Assembly (NCBI GenBank): GCA_020184695.1
Contig: JAANOX010000069.1
Location: 310,001 to 374,000, forward strand
DNA: 64,000 nt
Direction of reading: 5' to 3'
Origin: Histomonas meleagridis 2922-C6/04-290x
Taxonomy: Eukaryota > Protista > Parabasalia
Shown here: positions 12,462-26,341 of the stretch, in pieces
How the letters are laid out: each line of letters begins with the position of its first letter
Numbering within the stretch: position 1 is the first letter of the stretch
Made by a program: the position numbers and the translations under genes
Notes under the pieces: generated by a model
The model's database searches: none
Seen by the model: only the letters and a program-made list of their open reading frames with translations
Told to the model about the DNA's origin: nothing

Positions 12462-14002
12462 TTGCCATTGTATTTTTTAAATAATTTTAAATTATTCGAT
12501 ATTTTCAATTTTAATATGACAAATATGCACTGACACGCAACATTCTCAGATATAATATATTTATCGAACTCAATATTTATAATGATAATATATATTAAAT
12601 TCGTTTCCGAAATTCGGTCATAGGTATACTGGGAAGATATAAGAACTAGCCATTAAAAATACATAATATATGCACATAATTGAGGATATTAATTAATATA
12701 AATATGAAATAATATTCATGATAAGTCAAGATAAATCATTTTTTTAAAAGTGACAAATATCACTTTTGTATGGTTTATTTTCGTCGGTGCGCCGATGGTA
12801 AACGATATGACCAATAGATGCAAGATAAATGAGCAATAAATAAACATATTTCTTGATCAATTCATTGCAAATAAAGTAAAAATTACCCAAAAATATCATT
12901 AATCATTATTTGAAATAAAAATATATGAGGAGGGGGGTGGGGGTAAAAAAAGAACGACCCTTTTATCTCGACTTCTATTCAATAAAAATTATTTTTAAAT
13001 TATATCATATTTAAATATTCATTATTAAATCTAAATATGTGAGCATTATGTTCATCATGTCCAAATGCAATTGTTTTCAATCATTAAATTTTCTTTATAG
13101 ACATTTAGAAATATTGCCAAATTGCATAATTATTGGTAGAGGAATGACATTAAATTCGATGAAGAAGTTATGTTTATATTAGATATTTTAAATATACTAT
13201 TAGTTATAAAACCAATTTGTTACACTATCTATTGCATAATGCGAAGAATTGAGAATTTTCACCTTATTTAGAATATTTATGTTCATTTTGATTAGTATTT
13301 GAAACTAATAATTTATCGTATTTCATAAAGAATATTGAAATATTATCAAGTTTTTTAAGCACAAAATATAATATCTTATATACTCAGTACCAAACAAATA
13401 AAGATCATGAAACTGGATTCTGCAATATATTTATTAATATATTACCACATATAAGTAAAAATGCAAACGAATTAGATAAATCGAGAATAATAATAAGAGT
13501 AATTAAAGATTACATTAATATTTTATTTATTTTTAATATCATAATTTAAATTCCATTGAAAACAAAAAATCGGAAGATATAATCAAGAATAAAAAAAATG
13601 TATATAAATATCTACAACAAAGAACAAATATAAAATATTATATAACGAGTTAAATATTACTAAAATACATCAGATAATGAGATAACTCATTATTATAATA
13701 ATTAATACAATGAACAACACATGTGTTGATAATTTAATTTATTATTGTTGATGATGCGAAATCATTTATTGTAAGTCAAAAAAAAAAAAAAAGATACAAC
13801 AATTTTATGCAACAAATTATTATCAAAAACCAATTTATCACTGAAATGATTCATTAATAAATTATGATTCATTATTGCATTAATGGAATAATCTTCTATT
13901 ATAATAATTCCAAGAACAGTGAAACTATGGCAATAACAATTCCTGTAATTGCACTTGGATGAAGCTTTGTACCATTACTATGGCTCAATGGGCATACATC
14001 GC

Positions 14003-15557
14003 TTATTTTGTTACCCTTGGTAACATTGATCTCTGCAAAAAGTGCTTTTTAGAATATTCATTTGTTACATAAATAGTTGGACTATCAAATGTTGTATTAT
14101 AACACGATGGTTCATTCTTACCATAGAAGCAAACAATTTCAAGACTCATGCATGAACTAAAAGCATAGTTATCTATCACATTAATGTTCTCTGGAATGAT
14201 AACTTTCTTAATGCTATTGCAATTGATAAATGCGCCTAATCCAATCGTTCTTACTGAGCTGGGAATATCAATACTAGAAATCAAAGAACAACCTTCAAAT
14301 GCATATTCTTGGATTGCTAATATGGTTTTTGGAATTACAACATCACCTGATTTTCCAGAAGGGCAAAATATTAATTTAGTAATATTTTTTTTTATATACA
14401 ATTCAGTCATTGTTATAATTGGAGTAATATACATTATTTAGTGAGATGGTTACAGATACTAAATTTGAAAAATTTTGAAATGCAAATAGACAAATTGAAA
14501 CCACTGAGTCTGGAATATTGACATTTGTGGAACAAACATCCATAAAACTGGAAGTCTTGTAATACTGTGATTGAATTGGGAATACTTAAATTTGTCAACA
14601 AAGAACAATTAATGAACGAAAAGACACCAATTGATTTTACAGAATTGGGGATATTTATATTTGTAATAAGAAAACAATCCTCAAATGCATAATCTTCAAT
14701 TAATTGAACAGAACTAGGAATATTAACAATACCTTCTACTGCTGATGGACATAATATTACTTTTGATATGTTTTTATCATAAACAATTCCATCATTATTA
14801 TAATTCGAATAGATTTCATTATTTTCAGAGATTTTAATTGCCTTTAATTTTGTGCATGCATCAAATGCAGATTCATTAATTAGGGAAACTGAAGAAGAAA
14901 TTTCAATTTGCTCTAAATTTAAACACCTATAAAACGCAAATTCTTGAATTTTTTCAACAGAATCTGGAATTATAACTTTTGTTATCTGCCTGCAATCAGA
15001 AAAAGAGGAATATCCTATTGATTTTACAGAATTGGGGATATTTATATTTGTAATAAGAAAACAATCCTCAAATGCATAATCTTCAATTAATTGAACAGAA
15101 CTAGGAATATTGACAATACCTTCTACTGCTGATGGACATAATATTACTTTTTGATATGTTTTTTTATCATAAACAATTCCATCATTATTATAATTCGAAT
15201 AGATTTCATTATTTTCAGAGATTTTTAATTGCCTTTAATTTTTGTGCATGCATCAAATGCAGATTCATTAATTAAGGAAATTGATATAGGAATAATAAGC
15301 TGGTCCATAGAACAACCATAAAATGCATAATCTTTAATCGTTGTAACAGATTCACCGATTACTACATTTGTTAATTTGCTCTGATTATAAAAAGCATGGC
15401 TATCAATCACAAATACATTGCTCCCAATTTGCAGTTTTGAAAAATGACCAATGGTTTCAATATCATCTCGTGTAATAGTTGAAACATTAAAGACTTTAAG
15501 AGTATCATTTTCGAGAATAAAGTTACAGCATGTGAAAATAGGAAGAAGGTAAAACAT
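14003..15557 (-). pseudogene. BspA-like LRR gene with an internal tandem duplication and frameshifts
   Basis: ORFs 15225-15557 (signal peptide + LRR) and 14003-14434 (LRR) are linked by LRR-coding sequence broken at homopolymers. Confidence 0.7.
14615..15285. repeat. ~390-bp period tandem duplication within BspA
   Basis: attgattttacagaattggggatatttatatttg... at about 14630 and 15017; copies differ mainly in A/T run lengths. Confidence 0.85.
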
Positions 15558-15606
15558 GTATAAAAATAAATGCCATCTTTGGCAAATTTAAAATTCAATT
15601 GTTCAA

Positions 15607-16003
15607 ATGTTTTTCTTGATCCCTATTATCATTGTTGCCAGACAATCAACAGAAAATAATGAGGGAAAACAGTGCTAAGCCAGGACTTTTAGTTAATGTT
15701 AAAGGAGATCTTGATTTCAACGAATTAATAGATCAAATCAGCAAAATAGTAGGTTTCTTGCTAACAGCAAAAAATGAAATTCCAACAAATGGAGGTGGTA
15801 GATTTATTACAGGTGTTGATTCCGGTAATGTTTATGCATTTTATTACCATCCGTCAAAGAGACACAGAGTTTCATGTAGACCAGGACATGGCCAAAGAAT
15901 TCAACCAAAAGATCCAGTATGGTTTGAGGCAAATGAATGGGCCTATGTTATTCTTAAATCAGCCTGGTATGGAGGTAATCGATGCTGGTATGATGATGAA
16001 TAA
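15607..16003 (+). CDS. Lactococcin-972-family bacteriocin-like secreted protein (1-nt frameshift near 15660)
   Basis: C-terminal GGGRFITGVDSGNVYAFYYHPSKRH...EWAYVILKSAWYGGNRCWY matches the family pattern GG.W..G.....V...YYH..K.H...WA......GN..YY. ATG 15607 gives MFFLIPIIIVA one frame off. Confidence 0.7.
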
Positions 16004-16400
16004 ATCTAGATTAAGTGTAAGAACTTCAATCGATTTATTTTAGTTTTTAATAATTAAATAATTTTTTTAAATATATTTTTAAAAAATTTTAATATTATTT
16101 AATATTATTAAATGATTATATAATGTTTTATGTTATTACCATATAATAATATAGACAATTAAAAATATATTATTCGATTTTTGATAAAAATGCCATTTTT
16201 TTGCTATGCCATTATAATCCAAAATTTCATCAAAATATTTGCATGTAGGAATATAACAGATTATTTTAAATTTTATATTGTTGATTTAAAACATTTGTTT
16301 TTTTCAGAATTATTCTAATATTGAATAAAAAATATTATTTTTGATATATTAATTATGGAATTGTATGAGAAAATAATATAATGATAGCCTAACATAAATT

Positions 16401-16920
16401 TATGTTATGTACATGCATAAAGCTTCATCAAATTTGTGTATTTTCACTTGTTTATTCATGCTTTTTCATATTATCAAATGTTTTATCATGTTCATTCATG
16501 TTGTTCTATCTTATCTTGTGCTTATTCATGTTTTTTCTCATTATAAAACTTTTTTCATATTATCTCATTTGTATTAATAATTTTTTATGTTTGTTCACAT
16601 AATTTCATATTTATTCGTGTTATATAATGTTTATAAATTAATTTTGAATGTTATCTCATGATTTTCTATGTTATCTCATGTTATATCATATTTATTAATG
16701 TTTTTTCATATTATCTCATGATTTAATATGTTGATTCATGTTTATTCATGTTTTCATTTTATCTGATATTTATTTATGCTTTTTATGTTATCTCATGTTT
16801 ATTCATGGATATTCATGATTTTTCTTGTCATAAAATGTTTATTTATTAATTTTAATATTATCTCATGTTTGATTTGTTGTTCATTGTTTATTTTCAATGT
16901 ATTATCTCCATGTTATTCAT
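16401..16920. repeat. Degenerate 10-bp-period minisatellite (TTATYTCATG-like)
   Basis: ttatctcatg attttctatg ttatctcatg ttatatcata tttattaatg ttttttcata ttatctcatg...; similar tracts near 21850-21990 and 22420-22560. Confidence 0.6.
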
Positions 16921-18795
16921 AATACATGTCATAATAACATATAGTGAAATTTTTTATATTTTTCTATGAATTGTGTGACATTTTACACTTAATAATTCCA
17001 TGAAAATCCATTTTGTTTATCAATATCAATAGATTTCAAGTTATAACATTCGTCAAATGAAGTTCCATCAATGAAAAATTACAGAATTAGATACTTATAC
17101 TGTTGTTAATGCACTTTGTTCATTAAAAAGAAAGTTCTTCTATTTCTTAAACAGTATCCCCTATAATTACTTATGTAAAATAATGATTAATAAATAGCAA
17201 TTAATATGTATAATAATTTATCATTTTGTTATGTTTCATTATGTTCTCTTCATTTGATTTTGGTTTATTATATATTGTATATAATAGAAAAAAGCAAATG
17301 AACAGGAAAACATATATATTTCATAAGAATATCAAATAACATATGAAAACACATTTGAACACCATAAATAACATAAGAATATGAATATTTACATTCGTAA
17401 ACATATTGACTATGTAATTTACAATATATTATGAGGCTTGTTTTTATTGTAAGCTTTGCCGAATAATAACCCAATTTTTTGGGCAAGAAAAATAAATTAT
17501 ATATAAATAAAACTATAATATGCTGATGCATTAAATGTCAATATACATATTCTACATAATAAGATAATATTTTAAAACTTTTTTCTTACTAACCAGAAAT
17601 TAGGGTATTTAGATCAATTTATATTTACCCCCTATTCATATATCAATAATATATATTTCGATTTTTATGAATATATAAATATCTTATTTTATCATAATAT
17701 AATTGAATTTATATAAAACACCTTAAAGTTAATATTTAATAACTTTCATACTTTAAATATAACATTAGACTTTCATTTGTTATAATATAAATAAAAAACT
17801 TCTTTCTAACTTTCATCAATATTTCTCAAAATTCATTTGAATGTTGTACCATTTCATTTCTTCTAACAACAGTTAATTTATATGGGATCAGCTTTCGAAC
17901 ATATTCCATATAGTACAAAGCATACTTGAAAACTTTTAAATATATTTTATGTATTGCCTAATATTTAAATAATATGTTTTTTGTACTTGCATATGAATAT
18001 TTTGGAAGGATCTATGTAAATGACTCAATTAAGTTACTGTCGTCCATTTCATTAGTATATCGGAATAAGTATGATAAATTCACTTTTTTTGCATTTTTTA
18101 CAAATCATTTTTAAATTTCTTATGCATATATAATTTTCTCTAACTAGATTATTTAATACTACATACATGATTTTATATTCTAAATAAATGAGGATGAGAT
18201 ATTTAATTATAAAATTGACATAAATTCAACCATGATTTTTCAAATTTTCTCAATGAAAATTTTTGGTCATCACCAAAATTTCAAACAAATTTTTCATTAT
18301 CAAATAAAAAGTTTAAAAAAACTTTAATTCTAGTTTATTAATACACACATCTTATATAATAAAAATAATATTATTCAAAATATTATTTATTCATTTGATG
18401 TAGAGATATGTGAGTCAATTAAAATTGACCCTCATATATTTTTTGATATATATTAAAATCCATTCATTCTATATTATGAAATTATATTATTAATTTTTTT
18501 ATGAGCTAAATGTCTAGATATCAATGATCATAATTTATTCGATTACAAATATATTTAAACAAATTATTTTTATAAAATTTAATTGGATTTAAATGAAATA
18601 TATTATATTTGATTTATTGAGCTATTTATGAAATATTATATGAATTAATTGATTTTGCTGATTATAATATTTTGATTATTATCGACTTAAACTAATAAAT
18701 TAATTTTTCTTTTTATGTATACGCTTTTATTTATTATTCATATTAATAATAATTCAATATTGTATGCATTATGCGTTTAATATTTATTTGTTATT

Positions 18796-19763
18796 ATGAA
18801 TTACAATCAGCCTCAACAATTATCTTTCCCGTTTATCGATAATACTCTCTCTTATTTTTGGCTTTTTACGAATGAAGACGCAGCTATTCAATTCGCATTA
18901 CAGAATGGAGTTATTTATAATCAAATGATGTGTGAAGAATGTAATTTCGATATGCAGATCTACAGAGATTCTTCAAAAGGATTTGGATACAAATGGATAT
19001 GCACAAGATGCCACAAATCAAAAAGTATTTTTATATGGAAGTATTTTTACTCAGCAAAAATATCACTTTCTAAGATTTTTTATTTATTATATTGTTGGGT
19101 ATATAAATATTCATGTAAAGATACTGCGAGAGAAGTAGGAGTGAGCAGAAACACAGTAACTTATTATTTTACTTTATTTAGAAATGCATGTGATGCATAT
19201 GTTTTATCTTTAGAAGGTCTTGTTGTTGGCGGTCCTGATAAAACTGTTCAAATAGATGAAACTTTAATGTGTCGAAGAAAATATAATGTTGGACGATGTT
19301 TAAATCAAAGTGTGGATCTTTGGGGGAATTTGTGTGGAAGATAGACAATTCTTTTTGTCTTGTTGTACCTGATCGAACAAGAGAAAACATTAGAAGAAGA
19401 AATTCGTAATAATATATTACCTGAAACAAAAATAATTTCTGAGTGCTGGAAAGCGTATGACTTTCCTGATGATGAGAATGATTACGAGCATGAAAATGTT
19501 AATCATTCATGTAATTTTTGTTGATCCTGAAACTAAAGCGCACACTCAAATGATAGAAAGACTTTGGAGGGAACTAAAAATTAATAAAAAGATATGAAGG
19601 AATCCCAGAAAATAAAGTCAATGAACATATATCAGAGTTCATGTGGAGATGGAATGTTATTCACAATAAGGATCAAATGTTTAGGGCCGCCGTTCAATTA
19701 ATTGCAGACACAAAGTTTACAAAAGTAATTGATTGCGATGAAGAAGAAGAAAAGTTGGAATAA
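18796..19763 (+). mobile_element. Merlin/ISXO2 (IS1595-like) transposase, frameshifted
   Basis: CxxC...CxxC finger; VGGPDKTVQIDETL..RRKYNVGR; VNHS.NF; HTQMIERLWRELK; several 1-nt frameshifts; second Asp position reads Glu (ISECW). Confidence 0.85.
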
Positions 19764-19878
19764 GTAAAAATTCATATCTTCGATTGTTATGATCATTTTT
19801 TATTTCTAGAAAATTGAGGATAGAAATATAAATGATATTTTATTATGTTATTTAAATATCGATTTGTGAAGATTTATG

Positions 19879-20368
19879 TTACAAATTTCGAAATTTCGAA
19901 AATTTAATTTTTGAAAAATATGTATATATTATCTTTATTTGATGACATATTTTATTATATTATTTAAATATTGATTTGTTTAAATTTTTTGTTACAAATT
20001 TCGAAATTTTGAAAATTTAATTTTTTAAAAATCTGTATATATTATCTTTATTTGATAACATATCTTGTTATATTGTTTAGATTTTGTTTTGTTTAAATTT
20101 TTTGTTACAAATTTCGAAATTTTTAAAAATTTAATTTTTTAAATATCTGTATATATTATCTTTATTTGATAACATATCTTGTTATATTGTTTAGATTTTG
20201 TTTTGTTTAAATTTTTTGTTACAAATTTCGAAATTTTGAAAATTTAATTTTTTAAAAATCTGTATATATTATCTTTATTTGATAACATATCTTGTTATAT
20301 TGTTTAGATTTTGTTTTGTTTAAATTTTTTGTTACAAATTTCGAAATTTTGAAAATTTAATTTTCGAA
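19879..20368. repeat. ~113-bp tandem repeat, about 4.3 copies
   Basis: ttacaaatttcgaaatttt... starts at 19879, 19992, 20105, 20219 and 20332. Confidence 0.9.
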
Positions 20369-22875
20369 AAAGATCGTCATTAATCAATCCTATATCGTGG
20401 TAAACCTTAATGTATTATATACACTTTAGTCCTATTAATTTTTTACATTAATTTGATGTCAAAAAAATCATATCAATTTTTAAAAATCAAATAAATTCAT
20501 TAATCTATCTCATTAATAAACATGACACATGTTAAAAAAACTTCGATAAAAATATTATTATATACATAAAAAATCGGATTTTTTAGGAATAATTAAATTT
20601 ATAAATTTTTCTGATTTCAGATTTCAATCACATTTCTCATGTTTAGTAATGTATACATATTTAATCACTCGAATTTTGTCCAACCAAACATATTGCAATC
20701 TTGAAAAAAAATATAATAATTTTCGGTAAAATGATGTTCATTCAATTATTGAATGATAATTCAATATTTATACAGAAAATTCTGCGTAAAAAGCAGTTAA
20801 TTCCAAACATTTATTCAAAAAGTGAACATTTTTTTTGAAGAATTAATTATTACACACATTCATTTATGAGCGATAATATTATTTTATCTGGTAAATTTTT
20901 TTCATTTTTTTGTATGAAAAATAGTGAAATAATCTATTCTATTTTTAAAAATGTTAGAATATTTTTTGAAATATAAATCTAATGAAATATATAATTTTTA
21001 ATGACAAAAATTGATATAATTTTAATTTGATAATAATCTTTTTTAAAATCTTACCAAAAACACGGGGATTCAACTTATTCAGAGTCTTATATGTACATGA
21101 ATGTATATCTTATAATATTTCTAAAGTTACCAAGAAAATAAGTGTATAAAGTTATTGTCATAATGCTAATTGATTTTATGGGAAATATGAATTTATCGAT
21201 CATTTTTTGATATGATTACAATTAGTTCATTTTTTAATCATAGTTATAATTAATAATCATTAATAAACAGTATATTAATCTTGAAATAGTTCAACATGAA
21301 AACATTTTTATTTTAGATCTTAAAAGTCTTCTTTGTAATTATAAATCACTTATATATATATATCCATTGAAATTTAACATTATTAAAGATTTTTATAGGT
21401 GATTTCACGAACCTTGATCCAGAAAATAATTGTAATTTACAATTTTCATAATTGTAGCATAAATATAATTTTCCGAAAAAATCATTTCTAAATATTTTAT
21501 AGTTTCCCCTCTATAATAATGAATGAAATCTACGCTCTCTTATATATTTTATTTCAAATTCATTAAGTACAATTACTTTTATTACATTTCGAGTTACTAC
21601 TATTTCTTATGCATAATATAAAGAATTTTTTTTTAAGTTAGGTATCATAATAATTCATATAATTATATTAAATTTATACATTTTGTTCATTGATAGATCA
21701 AGATAACTTAGAATATTTGAAAAATTTCATTATTTAAATCATAAGAGAGAGACTAAATTAAGGTAGAGAAGTCATAATTTATTATAATAAACAAATTAAT
21801 ATAATATTCATATTTAAAAATCATATATACTCACATTTATTAATTTAATTCATGCTATGTTATATTTGTTAATGGACATGTATATTAAGTGTTTTTCAAT
21901 GTTATCCCTATGTTAACTTTTTCCCCCAGTTCTTTATGTTATCTCAACTTTATTCATTTTTATTCTATATTTGATGATGCTATTTCATGCTTATCAAAAA
22001 TTATTAAAGGAATAAAATAAGCTAATAAAATTATAATTTTATATACAAATGTCATTAATAAATCTTGTTTTTATGAACACAGCCAAATAATAAATGTTGA
22101 AATACCTAATTCTCTTTATTACAATAGAATAACTTATTTTATAGAATATTATTACATGAAATTATAATACCAAAATCAGCGATGTCAATTTCTCCAAAAT
22201 ATTTTATCTCATATTGTATTATGTTCATATATGTTAAAACCATGCGATTTTTCGTGTTGTATTTCATTCGAATAATAGTAAGGAGGGATTTTAATTATTC
22301 TATTTATTCACAATAAAGTAAGGACACTTAGTTTGAATAAACTTTATACAGTATTGAATCGAAAATTACTTTAAATGAATTCAAATAATATTGTTATTTC
22401 ATTTGATCTATTATATCTTGTAGCTTATTCACTCATGATTCTTCATGTTTACTTATGTTAATTCAAATTCATTTGTGTTTGTATATATACCTACTCATGT
22501 TCATTAATGAATGCTATAGTTAATTCATGTTTATTTATTATTCTTTATGTTGTTTTTGAATAAAAATCTTGAGAATTGATTTTAAAATGAATAAATCTCA
22601 ATATTAACTGAATATAAATCAAAATTAATGAAACTTTTAATATATCATATAATTTTAATAAATGTGATAAAGATATTTTTCAACTATTTAATTTTAAGTG
22701 AAAATGATTATCTATAATAAAAAAAATTCGAATATTTTAATATTTAACAAAAAGCATTAATTATTATATATGTTTTTTGGTTTACAGATCAAAATTATGA
22801 ATGTGTACTGATTTATCAACAAAGCAATATTTTTTTGGTGGCGACCGTTCAAAGTAAAAATCTATTTGGTGACAT

Positions 22876-24227
22876 TTTATAAATTTTCAGAAATTTTTAT
22901 GTCAAAAAATGTAGAACATAGAAATCAAATTTGAGAAGGAATATTTTCTCACAAAAATATTATGAATGGGAATTTTTCAATGCTATTCAAAAAATCACGC
23001 ATAATTGAAAGGCATTTCCACTTTTTGAAAGGAAGGTATTCAAATTCTCCCATTAGGTTGGAGAGTACCCCATCTTGTTTTGCAATGATGTGCTTTTTTG
23101 TAGAAAATATTTTTTGCAATTTCATTTTATTTGTTCCCGATCTGTGTTCTCATCTTCATTAGAATTTCATCTTTATCTTTTGTCCAAGTAACATGTGCTT
23201 GATCAAGTTCGAAGTTTTCAATTTCTTTACAGAGATGAAGGTGCTCAGAGATTGATTGTCCATTAAATTTCAGACACAATTTCAACCTAGATTCAGAGGA
23301 CTCGCACAATTTATTGATAATGTCCATTGAAATCGAGTTACATGCAAATTCAAGTTCTTGAACCAATTCTTGCTTCGATTGAGGCTTTTTTATTAAAAAT
23401 GCTTTCAAAATTTTATACAATAGTTCTATAGGATTTAAATCAGGACTATTCGGGGGCCAATCTGGAATAATGTCACAATTTTGTTCTATGTGATCTAGGG
23501 TCTTCTGGCATGTGTGACATCTGGCACCATCCTGCATGAAAACCCAATTAAATGTGCCATGAATTTTGTCCGATTCATCATAAAAATTCAATTCTTCAAG
23601 ATTCTGAATATAACGATCAGAATCAATTGAACCCTCGACAATAAGAAGTTTTGACTTAAAATTGACACCAATAACCCCAAAAACCATTACAGATGATGGA
23701 AACTTTTGCTGGTCAACTGTAGAACTTGGCATGTGGTCACCCCTTCTCTTTCACATCCACCTTTTGTCCGACCCTAGGACAAATCGTGATCCATCGCTAA
23801 ACACGATTTTTGAAATTATATCAGATTGCTCATCAAGCATCTTTCGACAGAAAACAATTCTCTTATCAATTTGTTTTTGAGTGAGCAATTGCGTGTGGAG
23901 TGGAGGTCCAAAAACGAATCTATGTTTTAATCTCTCACGTCTGATGGTACTATCAGACAAACTTATGCCAAATTTTTGTTCTACTTCTTTCACCAATGAA
24001 GAATTCGTCAACGTAACATCCTGGAGAGTTCTCAAAGAAATATATTCAGAATTTCTTTGGGTAATTTTTGATGGTCGACCCATTTTTGTTTCAATATAAC
24101 TACCTGTTTCCTTAAAATGATTAATAGTTTTTTGAACTCTATGAGTTCCAACGGAATATTGGTGGGTGATCTCTTGGTATGTTTTTCCTTGAATAAATGC
24201 TTGTATGATTTTCATTTCTTTACTCAT
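22876..24227 (-). mobile_element. Tc1-like (DD34E) transposase with C-terminal Myb repeat; two nonsense codons
   Basis: FSDGSRF, VFMQDGARCH...WPPNSPDLNPIE (34 residues between D and E); in-frame TGA 23751-53 and TAA 23127-29 both at Trp positions; reading frame continues to TGA at about 23040. Confidence 0.85.
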
Positions 24228-24939
24228 TACAAACTGAAATCAACGGCGTATTTTGATTGAAATATTCATAACAAATCTAAATTTGAATTAAATTTTATTC
24301 ATTGCCGAGTTTTGGATTTTAGTTTAATAATAGTCAATATAAATTTATATAAATTTTTTTTAATTTTCATCTTGTTTTTGAGTTATACAAGATTTTCTAT
24401 ATCTATAGATCAGAGCAAAAACTCAAAAATCTGTCTTTGCAAATTTTTATGATTCATTTGTTATGTAAATAGGATAATTCTTGAAGCAGTATATTCATTA
24501 TTGGAGGCTCTGAACAAAGAAGAAAAAATAAATTTTTGAATTCATTATGCGGTTACAAATCCATCAAGATTTGAATGGGTAGTCAAATTATAATACTTTA
24601 CAAAAAAAATTTGAGAGCAAATCCATCAAGCAGAAAATGTCTAGTTCCGAGACGGGTGAGCAATGCTCACAAGAAAGATTAGAAAATATAGTGATTAGTT
24701 ATTTAATCATAAGCGATATTAACATTTTTGAAAAATACAAAAATTATCAATTCGATGATAAGATTAAAATTTTTTTTTCCTGCCAATTATTTTCGAAAAA
24801 AATTATTAATTCATTCCAGCTCTACACCATTATAGTCAATAAATTTGATATGCTTCAATTATATCAAAATTTGGGGTGACTTAAAAAATACGATATTCGT
24901 TTTTAACAATAACCTTTTAAAATGGGTTTTTACTTATTT

Positions 24940-25160
24940 TTTGAAATTCATTCCTCAACCTCATTAACTATTGCATTCCAGCAATGAGCAAATGTTGGTG
25001 CCAAGTTCCTCCTGAAGCAAAATTCATGGAGGTAAGAATCTAACCATTCCCTATTGGTATAGAATTTTTTAGGGAAGTCTAATTCTATATACAAAACATA
25101 CACACTTTTGGACGGTTATCGACTCAATTTCTGACTTTTTGAACTGTTGTATAATCACAA
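24940..25160 (-). mobile_element. Degraded Merlin/ISXO2 transposase C-terminal remnant
   Basis: Minus strand reads ...EWLDSYLHEFCFRRN..., like the L..YL.EF.WR C-terminal motif. Confidence 0.45.
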
Positions 25161-25867
25161 CAAGAAAAAAATCAAAAATTTCAAAATTTAAAAATTTTTC
25201 GATAAAATAAAATTAAGTATTTCAAAATAATGATATCAAAAACATAATATATATAAGTAGAAATTATATTTTATGGCATATAATAAAGAAAAAATAATTT
25301 TTGATGTAATTAATGCAGATTAAAAAAAGTAAAAAAATTTTTTCGGAATAAATATCATAATCAAATCCTCCATATGTTAAAACATATGGTAGTATAATAT
25401 TTTCATTAAAATATTCTATGTATATGATTTTATTTAAAAAATTTTTCATTTTCATGATGCCATTTTTTAATGAGTATTCAAATCACTAATTTAGGAATTG
25501 GTAGAAAATATCACCTATTCGATTTATTTTTGGATACTTTCTATTTTTGTCAGGATAATTCTGATAAAATATAAAATGTCAGATCAACAAAAAAAAATAC
25601 TTGAATTATGGAAGCAAATAATGATTTAATTTTAATTTTATATTAATAACTTTTGTTTATTTAACACACTTTATAAAATTTTTCAGGTTTATTAGCTAAA
25701 TCATTATAACTATGAGTATGATCTGATGAAGCATAGTTTGCATGCTCATGATCTTTTTTAGCATAAATCTCATCATGATTATGATCATTTAAAGATATTT
25801 CAGATGTATCTACATTATTTATAGACGCACATCGAATATTGCCATTACTACCAAAACTTAATAATGT

Positions 25868-26341
25868 TTAAGTTTTTGATTTAAAATCTAATGAATTAGT
25901 ATTAGCAGTAATTCTCCATGTATTATCTTTATCGTAATCTGCATTATTATGCATATCAATATATTGTCCAACTTCTACAACACCATCTTCTTTTAATGTG
26001 ATAATAGCTGGAACATATAATTTTGTATCCCATTTACCACCTTCTGCTGTTGACAATTGAAAACCATTTAATGAAGTAACTTGTACATTCCCATTTACTG
26101 TTAGATCATTATTTATTGTATTATGTGTATGACTTTTTGTAGAATATTTTTCATCTGATTGTGATTTATTATAATATAATTGTGGGATTGTAATCGAAGT
26201 TATAGTATTAAGTTTTTCTGTTATTTGATCATTTGTAGAATAATTTTCTAAAACTTTTTGTAAGTCATTTTGGTCAATAATATCAGGAGCAGAAATAACA
26301 TTAGTTTTTATATTTTTTGTAGCATTTCCAATACTAAACAT
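25868..26341 (-). CDS. Maverick/Polinton-associated fibre-like protein with a phage tail-fibre-like motif
   Basis: YYNKSQSDEKYSTKSHTH and DGVVEVGQYIDMH...D..WRI; adjacent to a Maverick-type ORF. Confidence 0.45.
   Translation of the reverse strand: MFSIGNATKNIKTNVISAPDIIDQNDLQKVLENYSTNDQITEKLNTITSITIPQLYYNKSQSDEKYSTKSHTHNTINNDLTVNGNVQVTSLNGFQLSTAEGGKWDTKLYVPAIITLKEDGVVEVGQYIDMHNNADYDKDNTWRITANTNSLDFKSKT

Noticed and set aside
14450-15290. Biologically programmed frameshifts in the duplicated BspA
   Set aside because: The two copies differ almost only in A/T homopolymer lengths, the signature of long-read consensus error. The same caution applies to frameshifts near 15660, 19310-19390, 37785 and 41005.
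12267-23070. Composite transposon carrying BspA and the bacteriocin gene between inverted Tc1 ends
   Set aside because: Both copies are the same (3') end and point inward, so the intervening DNA lies outside the elements; no TSD found.
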